Source: Malacoraja senta
Taxonomy: Eukaryota
Assembly: GCA_038087875.1 (NCBI GenBank)
Contig: CM075997.1
Coordinates: 1,614,001 to 1,678,000 of the forward strand
DNA: 64,000 nt
Reading direction: 5' to 3'
Shown here: positions 25,456-36,329 of the stretch, piece by piece
Layout of the letters: the number at the start of each line of letters is the position of its first letter
How positions within the stretch are numbered: position 1 is the stretch's first letter
Position numbers and translations under genes: made by a program
Notes under the pieces: generated by a model
Told to the model about the DNA's origin: nothing
Database searches by the model: none
What the model saw: only the letters and a program-made list of their open reading frames with translations

Positions 25456-26352
25456 TCTGTTTAATGAAAGCCGCGCCTCAACTTTAACATTCCCATTTTA
25501 GTTTTACAAATTCTCCGCAATTCTGGCACTATCCTGTAGTTTTTTTCATGCTGCTTGTTATATGTGACTTCCTTCAGCTTTACCATCCTTTCACATATTC
25601 CCCTCTTTTCTCTGTCCTTATCTAGTTTCAACCTATTGCATCATCCAGATTTGTGCTTTTGGCTGCAGGCACTGGGATTAGCTTTCTAAACCTCTCTGCC
25701 TAGCTCCTTTTTAAGGCCTTTGCTAAAACCTATCTCTTTGATTAAGTTGATTAGTATATTCTTGCATCTCCTTGTGTGGCGCTTATGGCAATGTTGAACT
25801 TTATTAACTTGGGGCATTTTGTTATATTGGACATTTTCTCACACCCCATCTGCTGCAAATAAAAACGTTATGCTGAAGAATGATTTCCTTTGGAGAGGGA
25901 ACGGATAACGGAAGCTAGCTGTATGATGCTGATCAAATTTTGGTAATTCCTCAAGAGGTTATCCTTGCTAAACATAAGAGTTTATTTCCTCTTCAAAGTT
26001 TGCATTTAATTTATATAGTCTGTATTGCAGCTTTCAGAATAACTCTCTTAAAATTTCCCATAATGTAAAACTGGCTACTGTAGCTGATAACACAAGGAAA
26101 AAAGGATTCACCAAATGCATTTTTTTGTTTTGGGTCTGTCTATGGTAGTGGGAAACGACAACGTTTTCTATGTCACTACTTCCATTGTCGATCCCTTCAA
26201 AAATTTGCTGAGAGATTTTAGTGTAATAGTATAATAGTTAATAGTGTAATTTCTACATTGCTTAAAGTAAAAGATAGGAACTCCAATAAGGTGAAAAACT
26301 GATGTATTTGAGAGGTGAAATATGACTTCAGGTCCTTACATTGTTGAAGAAT

Positions 26353-26910
26353 TGTTAAAGAAGGAACTGCAGATGCTGGAAAATCGAAGGTACACAAAAA
26401 TGCTGGAGAAACTCAGCGGGTGCAGCAGCATCTATGGAGCGAAGGAAATAGGTAACGTTTCGGGCCGAAACCCTTCTTCAGACTGATAGGGGGTGGGGAG
26501 AAGAAAGGAAAAAAGGAAAAGGCGGAGGAGGAGCCCGAGGGCTGGGGGAGGGGAGGAGACAACCAGATGGCTGATGAAGGGGAGGGGACAGCCAGGGCTA
26601 GCAGAATTGGGAGAATTCAACGTTCAGGCCACCAGGATGTAGACTGCCCAAGCGGAATATGAGGTGCATTTCCTCCAATTTACGGTGTTGCTTGCTGTGG
26701 CCATGGAGGAGACCCAGGACAGAGAGGTCAGATACGGAATGGGAGGGGGAGTTGAAGTGCTGAGCCACCGGGAGTTCAGGTTGGTTATTGCGGACCGACC
26801 GAAGGTGTTCGGCGAAACGATCGCCAAGCCTCCGCTTGGTCTCACCGATGTAGATCAGCTGGCATCTAGAGCAGCGAATGCAATAGATGAGGTTGGAGGA
26901 GATGCAGGTG
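26353..26910 (-). mobile_element. Penelope-like retroelement 3' fragment: GIY-YIG endonuclease C-terminus (26909-26598) plus pLTR with hammerhead core (26454-26481)
   Basis: Open frame TCISSNLIYCIRCSRCQLIYIGETKRRLGDRFAEHLRSVRNNQPELPVAQHFNSPSH...KLEEMHLIFRLGSLHPGGLNVEFSQFC*, with GIY-YIG and CCHH hallmarks. It is followed by the same repeat unit scattered through the window. Confidence 0.92.
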
Positions 26911-27293
26911 TTGAGCCAGGTTTCAACTAACTTGTTTCCTTAAATATCCATCAAGGGTAGATCATTGTAGTTCAAATGAGAATTATTGTGCACTCTTGAA
27001 ATGTTAAGTGACTGTTTCCTATCAAATGCATTCTTGCATTTAAATTTAGGATGCAGACTTGCCTTGGTCAAATTATTATTTTTTTGTTTAGTTTATTATT
27101 CTCAGATGTACCGTGGTAAAGTGAAAAGCTTTTGCATGCTATGCAGTCAAAGACAATACATGAATACAATCAAGTTGTGTACAGATAAAGGTTACAACAT
27201 TTAGTGCAAGTAATCTTCTATTGAATATTATTGGGTACATAAAGTAAGCCCTCTTTAAAGGACCACTTTATAACGGAGTTGGTTATAGTTGCA

Positions 27294-27427
27294 TGCATGC
27301 ATTCTGTTTAAGAAGGAACTGCAGATGCTGGAAAATCGAAGGTAGACAAATGATGGAGAAACTCAGTGGGTGAGGCTCACCCGCTGAGTTTCTCCAGCAT
27401 TTTTGTCTACCTTTGCATGCATTCTGT
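27294..27427. mobile_element. Fold-back pLTR insertion with 14-bp target duplication
   Basis: tgcatgcattctgt at 27294-27307 and 27414-27427; the arms pivot at gggtgaggctcaccc. Confidence 0.85.
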
Positions 27428-27946
27428 CACTGCTTTTGTTATTTTGATTATTTAGTCATATTCTTATTTAGGAATTTATATGTTCTTCCCTTGTACTAAT
27501 ATGATTTTCACTGAGGAATTATATTTAATTTTGACCTAATTGGGTTTTGATTTTTTAGAATTATGGAGCCTATTTACACTTTCAGCTTGCTTGGTTGAAT
27601 TTGATGCTCCACTCTCTAATTCTCCACCATTTTGAAATATTTAAATTGTCTATTGTCTATTTTGGTTATGGTGTCAGTGGAAATTCTTTTATGTACCAAG
27701 CAAATGATGACGTGACTGCGGTCTATTTGTATTGACTCCCATCTCTGACTCATACCCCCCAGGTTGCTGGTTCTTTGTTGGGTTGCGTTGTTTGGGGGTT
27801 AGCAATGAATGCTGTTGTTTTGCTGCTGGCTACTATACCTAGAATGCTTTACCAAGAACATTTTGCTGATTCTGGAAGCAATTGAGCAAAAGATTTTTGT
27901 TTTCATACCATCAGTATTGAGTGAGGTGGGGGAAAAAAACAGGTAA

Positions 27947-28251
27947 GGGGCTGTCCCACTGTACGAGCTAATTCAAGAGCTCTCCTGAGTAAAAAATATA
28001 TAATCAAACTCGTGGTAAGCACGTAGAATGTGCGTTGTGGGTACGTCGGAGCTCGGGACGTCTTAGCGCCTTGTAACGCTAATGGCAGGAACTCGGGAAA
28101 CGCGGTAAGCTCGTGAAGATTTTTCAACATGTTGAAAAATGTCCATGAGAGCCCCGAGTACCTACGAGCGGCTATTACCGTAATTCTCCGAGTTTGAATC
28201 AGGGGAAACTCGGGAGAACTCTTGAATTAGCTCGTACAGTGGGACAGCCCC
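27947..28251. mobile_element. Harbinger-like MITE
   Basis: 33-bp perfect TIRs ggggctgtcccactgtacgagctaattcaagag (27947-27979, 28219-28251), with TAA/TTA-like flanks. Confidence 0.85.
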
Positions 28252-29094
28252 ATTATGGCTCACATTTGTTTTCCTCTAATGTATAATTGTTATCTACTTA
28301 TCCCAAGTTAGATTCATGAATGAATGTTGCATTTTTCTTAGTTCACAAGTCAGGGCTCGAAATTAGAGGTTGCCCGGGTGCCACTGACCACTCAAAGCGG
28401 CGCCAGGCAACCTAAACACTGGGTCATTTTGCCCGGCTTGGCAACCAGATACTGGTTTGTACCGAAGATAGACACAAAAAACTGGAGTAACTCTGCGGGT
28501 CAGGCAGCATCTCTGGAGAAAAGGAACGCGATGTTTTGTGTCAGCGGTGACGGCTGTCGTGCGGGGCAACGATACTAGGTGCGGGGTGAGGAAGGGTCGG
28601 AGCGATGACGGGGCCCGGACAGCGGCTCCATCTTCTCCTCCCGCCCGCCCTGATAAGGGCCGATGCTTGCAAACCCGCTAACGGCGATAACCGCTTTCAA
28701 AACAAACCCTCCTGCACGCTGAGGCCGGGAGGAGGGAGGGGGGGGCCTCGGCGCGCGGGTGGGTTTGTTTTGAAAGTGGTTATCGCCGTTAGTGGATTTA
28801 CAAGCAGAGGCCCTTATCAGGGCGGGCGGGGTGCGGGAGGAGGCGGTGGAGCTGCTGTTCGCGGCCGCTCCTGCCGCTGTGCGAAGCCCGTCATTCGTCC
28901 GACTCGTCTGAAGCAGCTGCATCAAAGATCCTATAGCTATAGGATCTCTGAGCTGCACCGCTCGGCCCCGCACCTTGCTGTTGGCTGGTGGAGGAGGGAG
29001 GCGGCGGTGAGGAGTTCCCAACGGCCAAGGCAACGGGGCGATGTTGTCCGAGGAGCGCTGACCTTCCTTCCTCCCCACCTCGCCCCCCCTCTGC

Positions 29095-29097
<3 letters not shown>

Positions 29098-29132
<35 letters not shown>

Positions 29133-29500
29133 TCTCTTGTACGCCCCGTCCTCCCCCTTATCCTGGGACCCCTCCACTCCATCCCGCACTGATCCCCATT
29201 CCCGCGTCTATTCAGTCCTCACTGACATCCCCTGTGCTCCCCTCCACATCTACCCCCCCCCCCATCTATTCATCCTGCGCTGATCCTACACTGGTTCCCC
29301 AATTCACCCTGTACTTACCCCTTTCCCATCCATCCTGCACTTCTCCTCCATCCATCCTGTACTAATCCACACATTCATCCCGTACTGACCCACCCTCCAT
29401 TTACCCTGCACCTTCCCCCCCTCCCCTCATTCATCCTGTAGTGATCCCCCATTCATCCTGCACACCCTCCGATCCATCCTGTACTGATCCTCCCATTCAA
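29098..29500. repeat. (CT)n microsatellite followed by a C-rich degenerate minisatellite (catcctgtactga-like units)
   Basis: Directly visible in the sequence. Confidence 0.8.
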
Positions 29501-29514
29501 GAAGAATGGGGGGG

Positions 29515-29612
29515 AACAGTCTGAAGAAGGGTCTCGACCCGAAACGTTGCCTATTTCCTTCGCTCCATAGATGCTGCCTCACCCGCTGAGTTTCTCCAGC
29601 ACTTTTGTCTAC
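29515..29612 (+). mobile_element. pLTR element with intact sense-strand hammerhead core (29521-29548)
   Basis: ctgaagaagggtctcgacccgaaacgttgcc. Confidence 0.8.
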
Positions 29613-31159
29613 CCCCATCCATCCCGTACTGAACCCCCCCCATTCAACACCACTGACATCCCCAGTGCTCTCCCCTCACAATTTTACCTACTCCAACCAA
29701 CACATACTAATTCACCTGCCTCAATCCATCCATTCTGCAACGACTGCCTTCTAATCTCCCCCCCCCCCCCCACCCCGCCATCTATCCACCACGCACTGAT
29801 TCACACACACCCCTCCCTGACCCTGTTGTGCTGGAAATGTCTTCAGAGCGAACATTGACTGTTTGATAACGGAATGCAATCAAATGTGTTTTAATTCCCA
29901 ATGTTATTATTTGTTTTAAAGATGGATTAATTAAATTGAGAACACGTAAAACATTAAAACCGCAGTGTTTGATTGTCACTGCTGCCGTTGACACGTTATT
30001 AAAGAATTCATTTTAACGGCAAATCAATGCTCTTAATATGGAGTATCAGTACTGTAGTTATTTAATGAGCAACATTCACAACTATACGTAAGCATATATG
30101 TTACCATGGTCCAGGATTTATTGACACAGGTTGATCATACGCTGAATAATCCAACCACATTTTTGTTTGGAAGTGGAAAGAACTAATAGAAATTGCATTC
30201 ATTGCAATGTGTAAAAAGAGTTGAGATACAGTCTTATAATTTTGCTGCATGTCATTGTGGGATATATCATGTCTTGATTGGTGAATATGTTTAGTTTGTG
30301 ACTTTATTTGAAGCAGAAATAATATGTGAATGCTTCATTGAGTATAATTCCGACTGGTAACTACGCACTTCGTCCGAGCACATTATCGCACGCGTCATGC
30401 AAGCCATCTTAAATGACCACCTAAACTGTCATTTGGCAACCTAAAAAGCTGCCAAGGTTGCCCGGCTGGCAACAGGGAAAAAAAGTTAAGCGAGAGCCCT
30501 GCAAGTACGTGAGTTATGGGAGCATGATCTATCTTTCCCTCTCAACCCCATTCTCCTGCCTTCTCCCCGCAATCCCTGACACCTGATATGCTGTTAAATG
30601 GATTATGGATTACCATATACTTAGAGGCAAGGAATGGGGTGATGGAGCAGGCAAGTGGTAAAAGATCAGCTCGGTAGTTGGTCTGAATAAGTGTCTCGAC
30701 CCAAAACGTCACCCAGTCCTTCTCCCCAGAGATGCTGCCTGTCCCGCTGAGTTACTCCAGCATTTTGTGTCTACCATCCATTGAAACCAGTTCTTTCCTA
30801 CAGCTCTGTAGTTGGGATTGATTGGATGAAATGCAAGTAAATGAATGCGAAGAGTTCATTGACAGCATTGTGATCCCAGCACGAATCCCTGAGTTATTTT
30901 GGGGGTTCTTGCCTGTACTTTGAATCTTGCAATTAAGTGTAATACAAAACCGTGATCTTAAATCAAAGTGCACTTATTTATTTTCAAACATACTTCCCTT
31001 ATCTGGTGTATATTAAATTCATGAGTGTGGGCAAGCATAACATTCATATTCTTGCTAAAATGTAAGTTGTGGAAAATTTAACAAGCCCTGAGACTCTATT
31101 CTCACAAGTGTGCTATGGAAAATTTGTGTTATTAAATGTTCTGCATGTTCCTTCTGCAG

Positions 31160-31304
31160 AAGCCCAAGGCCAAACAGCGACCTTCCATTTCGAAGAGTAC
31201 TTGGGAAAGTAATTATTTTGGAGTACCTCTGATTTCTGTGGTGACTGTGGAGAAGCCTATTCCCATCTTCATTGAAAAATGCATAGAATTCATTGATTCT
31301 ACAG
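31160..31304 (+). CDS. ARHGAP35: ARHGAP35 next coding exon (145 nt): [49 protein letters not shown], start of RhoGAP domain
   Basis: Acceptor ccttctgcag| at 31159 and donor ACAG|GTAAGA at 31304. Phase 0 in matches the 9093 donor; phase 1 out. YFGVPL...IPIFIEKC is the RhoGAP N-terminal motif. Confidence 0.96.
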
Positions 31305-34300
31305 GTAAGATTACATTTCTGGTACATCTGTTGCTCTGTGAACCAATGTAAATGTTTTGCACAGCAGAAGTGAGCATATTCTCAAGCTCGCAAGCAAGTT
31401 TTGCAGTGTAATCTTCACACATGAAATACCATTTGGAAATAAAATTGTTTTTTGAAGAACTGTGAAAGACCCCTATTATTTACATTGAAAGCATTTGGAA
31501 AGTGGTGATGTCTAATTTTTGATATAGAATCAGATTTGTTATGAATGGAATGTACCAAGGTGATTCAAATATGAAAAGTCTTCATATCTTAACTAATGTT
31601 TTCAGTGTTGATTATAATGGTTCCTTTTCTTAGTAGCGGTATGATTATACCCTTTGGGAATGAGTTGACAAGCGCAAAGATGCTGTTGAAGTGTCAGTCG
31701 TGTTAATCTATGAATAACGTGTTGTGTTTGCCTTTGCAATGCTGATACTTTGCAGCAAGGGCTACTGAAGTAAATAATCTAGGCATTGTTAAGACAGAAG
31801 TCAAATGAAAACAAAATTTGTGTCCATGCGAGGAGTTAAAGGAAGGTTAGAATTACATGCGCATAGCACTAAAAGAACATCTCACAAGGTGCCCATGCAT
31901 GTAATTTGCATGGGCATTACCTCTAGGGTACCAGTTATCAATTTGAGATAATGAAGCACTAAGATTATTAAAAGAGCAAAGAGTAGAGAAAATAGATGAA
32001 GCAGGAGCGATGAATTGAGAGACTTGGCTGTTTGTAACAGTCCCTCTATGTAGGCCGCATATACTGTCTTATCAAAGGAGATGGGGGAAATGAAGCAACT
32101 GCGTACTAGATCCCTTTTGTGTATGTCTCTAGATAAGTTTGCAATAGGGGATCTGTAAAGTATGTTAGTTTACCAGCAGAACAGTGTCTGCTCTTCTCAT
32201 TGATTTTGCATTTAATTTAAGGAACAATCGGATTTTTATCGTGCAATTTTTTGTTGGAAGGGTGCCACAATAGTGAGGCACATAATATAGAATGATATTT
32301 CTAGTATTATGGATACTTTAATATGCCTCTTCTATTTGTGTACCAATGAGAAATGTTGCTAAACATGCCCAATATTGTATTGGGACTGGATAAATGGATG
32401 GATGTTTACGACACGTCCAAATTCAAACTCTTTGACCGAATGTCCGCCTTCATTAGAAGCAACATTATCCTTAATCTATTCTCAATTGCATTGGCCAGTT
32501 ACAGGTAAAAGATCATGACATTTGAGGTGTTTATTTGTGAGATTATTCACTTGATGAGGTGTTAGTATAACGGGGTCAATTTTAGTTACTATCATTTCTG
32601 TGTTAAGCTATTCCATAAATTCTGTAAACATTTTTAAAAGTCATCTCTCTATTAAAACAGCAGCTTGATGGCAGTCAATGGCTTTTTCAACCTTTATTTA
32701 AAATGCTTCTTGTTTTACTCAAGTTTGTCCTATGTCTAAATATGGGAAGTAGAACAATGTATAAGTAAAGATTCTTTATAATAAACTGTTGGAAGAAAAA
32801 CTTGGTTATAGTTTTTTTTCCAAATAATTGGAACTAAAGGTTGTGTTTGCAATTTCTCCTGACGTGAGGAATGCAAGTGGTAGCAGTGGAAATAACCAGG
32901 ACCCAATCCACAAATGATTGCATATTGCATTGACTCTTTGTTCCACATTCATGAGCAGACTGCTTCACCGCATATTTTCTCTTTGAGAAAAAAGCTTTTC
33001 TTTTCTCCCCACATTATGGTGGCAAAACTTGGGAAGTTATTACTGCTATCTTTTACTGGAGTTAGGATAATTAAAATAAAAATGGTTGCATACGATAGAT
33101 TATTTGCAGCCTTTTGGTTTGCTGTCTGGACATGCTCGTACCCTGACCAGCTTTGAAAAGGGTTGAAATACGAGTGGTGTGATTGCAGCCAGCACATTTA
33201 ACTGTTTCATAGGACAGTTTTAATCTTCTAAATTCTCTTTGCAGTTGTTCAGCTCCAGGTATTGCTTTTGTTGATGTCTTGGGTTTTGGCTCTCTCTCTC
33301 CTGCACTGAAGGATGGGATAGATTTGCCTGCTCTTTGGTGGCATCTCCAATTTCCCCCATTTTAACAAGGTTATCATTGAGGAACCTTATCATTAACAAA
33401 TCCTATCCAATCCATCTCCATTCCCAATTGGAGCTTCATAAGTCATTGGTGCTGCCTCGACTTCAGAGCTCTGGCTTTAATCTTGTCATTGGATGCTGTC
33501 TGGGTGGAGTTTGCATATTCTCCTTGGGAACAACGGTTTCTGCCATGTGCTCCTGCTTCCTTCTACATCCCATGTGCTGGTAGGTTAATTGTCCTGTGTA
33601 AGCGATCTTGGTGTAGGCAAGTGACAGATGCCAATTGATAGGTGTGTGAGAGAGTAAGTTGTTGGGGGACAGGGAGATGAAGAACAAGAATATTATTGAT
33701 CCCACAGACAACAAAGGATGATTGTGGATTCCACCTTTCCTTGATCATCGCTGCTGGCTTTGATTTATCCTTTTGCCTATCTCTCATTCATTTGTTCTAT
33801 GTACCTTTTCACATCTCTCGTTTCCCTCTCCCCTGACTGTCTGAAGAAGAACCTCGACCTGAAAAGTTATCTATTCATTTCCTCCGGAGATGCTGCCTGA
33901 CCCGCTGAGTTACTCCAGCTTTTTATGTCTATTTTAGGAATATTTCTGATCTGATTCCTCTGATTGATGTGAACCAGATGGACTGACTAGTTCCCCACTT
34001 TGTTATAATGCATATGAGCTTTCCAGCGTGTGTATTTGAATGAAAGTAAGGAAAAATAAGGCGCAGGCCATTTAATAATCATGGTTCATCAATTGCAAAG
34101 CCATTTTCCTGCACTCTTCCTATACTTTGGGCAGCTGGAATCCTGGATTAAATTTTCAGCTCCAGCTATGATATTTCCAACCACAATGGACTGAAACTGA
34201 TCATGGATTGAAAGCAAGACTGTGCGCCAAGTTTAGAGCTCCTTTATATACGGCCAACCCAACCACCAGGGACGTTGGCAAGAGAATATTTTCCTTCAGT

Positions 34301-35054
34301 TCAAATTCTTCTTGGAAAATATCCATTAATTTCTCAGAACGCTGTCTTGTTTTCAGTTTTTAGAAAAATAGCAATGGAAAAAAGTGCTTCGCTACCATTG
34401 TAAGTTTATCTTATTTTATATTTCTGGAGGAATTAACTCTTCAGACTGTTTATGAATGTGTGGAGATTGTGGTTAGTGTTGATTTGAAATACTTTATAAA
34501 AAAAATAAAAAAAATGGCACAATTACAATTGAAGGATTGTAAATGCTTTTAGCAATGAACAGTGTTTTTCATTTTGTAGTATGCTTTTTGTGATCTTGTC
34601 ACAAATTATTCATACATTACAGATATATACAGGGTTGTTCTCTCCAACTGTATTGTTTAAATTGTATCCCCATATGTGGCTGCAAGTTAAAAGAACTCTG
34701 CAATTGGACAAATTCATTTACCATTATGTGTAGTAAGTATTTTATGCATTTCTACCTTGATACACCGTTAATTTCATTTGCACTCCACCTTTTATGTTTC
34801 AAAGTAGTGACGACTTATGTGATTTTAAAAAAATAGTAATGGCATCAAGGCTTGAACACAATCATTGTTTGTCAAGGGGAAGTCTCGGCACTTCTCAATT
34901 CTCTGAATGTATTGTTCACAAACTAAATTCCTTTACAATTTAAATATTTCTTGTTGTGCATTGTGTTTATTTTTTTTAATTAAATGTAGCTCAGGTGATT
35001 TGTGTGGCTTTTTGGTAGTTGTGATTCATGCAGGTGATGGAGAATTAAGACACT

Positions 35055-35265
35055 CCTTTGATCAAGTGGTCAAAAATGCTGGAGAAACTCGGCGGGTGAG
35101 GCAGCATCTATGGAGAGAAGGAATAGGCGACGTTTTGGGTTGAGACCCGAAACGTCGCATATCCCTTCTCTCCATAGATGCTGCCTCACCCGCTGAGTTT
35201 CTCCAGCATTTTTGTCTACCATCGATGTTTCCAGCATCTGCAGTTCTTTCTTAAACCTTTGATCA
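35055..35265. mobile_element. Fold-back pLTR insertion with 10-bp target duplication
   Basis: cctttgatca at 35055-35064 and 35256-35265, with inverted arms. Confidence 0.85.
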
Positions 35266-36329
35266 TGTATTTCAGTTCAACTTTCCAATGTTATAAAAGA
35301 GAGTTTGAAATGAAAGTTCCTCAAGTACTGCTGTTTCATCTGTTTTGCAAATCTGTGTTAGTGGATCTCTTCTGGTACTGGATGGATATGCTGGGTTGGG
35401 GAAAGCGATGTTTTATAATGCACTTCATGCCAGCAATAATATACTGGCAATATCTGCGATTGCTCCCAGGCAGTGTTTCCCAAAGTATTGTTTTTCATCA
35501 TCTCTCTGCGGGGAATTGTCGCTCTTGTTAAGCAATCACACTCGATGCCAATCCATTCCTCGCCACATATTATTTTGTTAATTAATGGCCATCCGAAATT
35601 GTCTTTACAACTGAATTTGGGTGTAATGAAATACCGCACCTAGTTGTACTTGCAATTGTACAAATTGGCACTATCCCACAAATTTGTCGAGTAACATCTT
35701 GACATGGTAGTCCTCGCAGAATGCTCCAGAAACGCGGCAGATTCCTTCATGCCATCTCTGGGCGTACTTTGTTCCACTGGAAGACCATCCACCAGAGGGG
35801 GTGATCCGGTGGTGACGAGCGGAGGAGGGGGGAGTAGTTTGAGGGTGCTTTATCATGTCGGAAGAAGTCTCGAGCCGAAACGTCACCCATTCCTTCTCTC
35901 CAGAGATACTGTCTGTCCCGCTGAGTTACTCCAGCATTTTGTCTACCTTATGTATCTATATACTGTAAATGGCTTGATTGTAATCATGTATTGTCTTTCC
36001 ACTCACTGGTTAGCACGCACCAAAGGCTTTTCACTGTACCTCGGTACATGTGACAATAAAATAAACTATTGTCATTGTGGGAATACCTTTCCAGAAGGAC
36101 TGCATTAGTTTGAGGCAGCAGCACCATCATCTTATGGGCGATTAGGATTCAATTAGAACCCTTCTTACCAGTCACTCACCTGTCTGAAGAAGGGTTCCGA
36201 CCCAAAACGTCACCCATCCTTTTTCTCCAGAGATGATGCCTGACCTGCTGAGTTATGGCTGCACTTCATGTCTATCTTCAGCATTAATCAGCATCTGCAG
36301 TTCCTTCCAACACATAGGATTGGATTATT

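Larger units (their letters stand above)
28351..30501. mobile_element. Non-autonomous hAT-like DNA transposon with 5-bp TSD (hAT5-like), carrying nested repeats
   Basis: Termini cagggctc...gagccctg, caagt on both flanks (28346-28350, 30502-30506), and subterminal ggcaac/gttgcc repeats at both ends. Confidence 0.75.

Noticed and set aside
28575..29365. Long overlapping ORFs (204, 195, 125 aa)
   Set aside because: Artefacts of GC-rich, stop-poor, inverted-repeat and (CT)n sequence inside a non-autonomous transposon; no recognisable domain.
35789..35802. CTCF-like motif ccaccagaggggg
   Set aside because: Mismatch at a core position and located next to repeat-derived sequence; not supportable from sequence alone.
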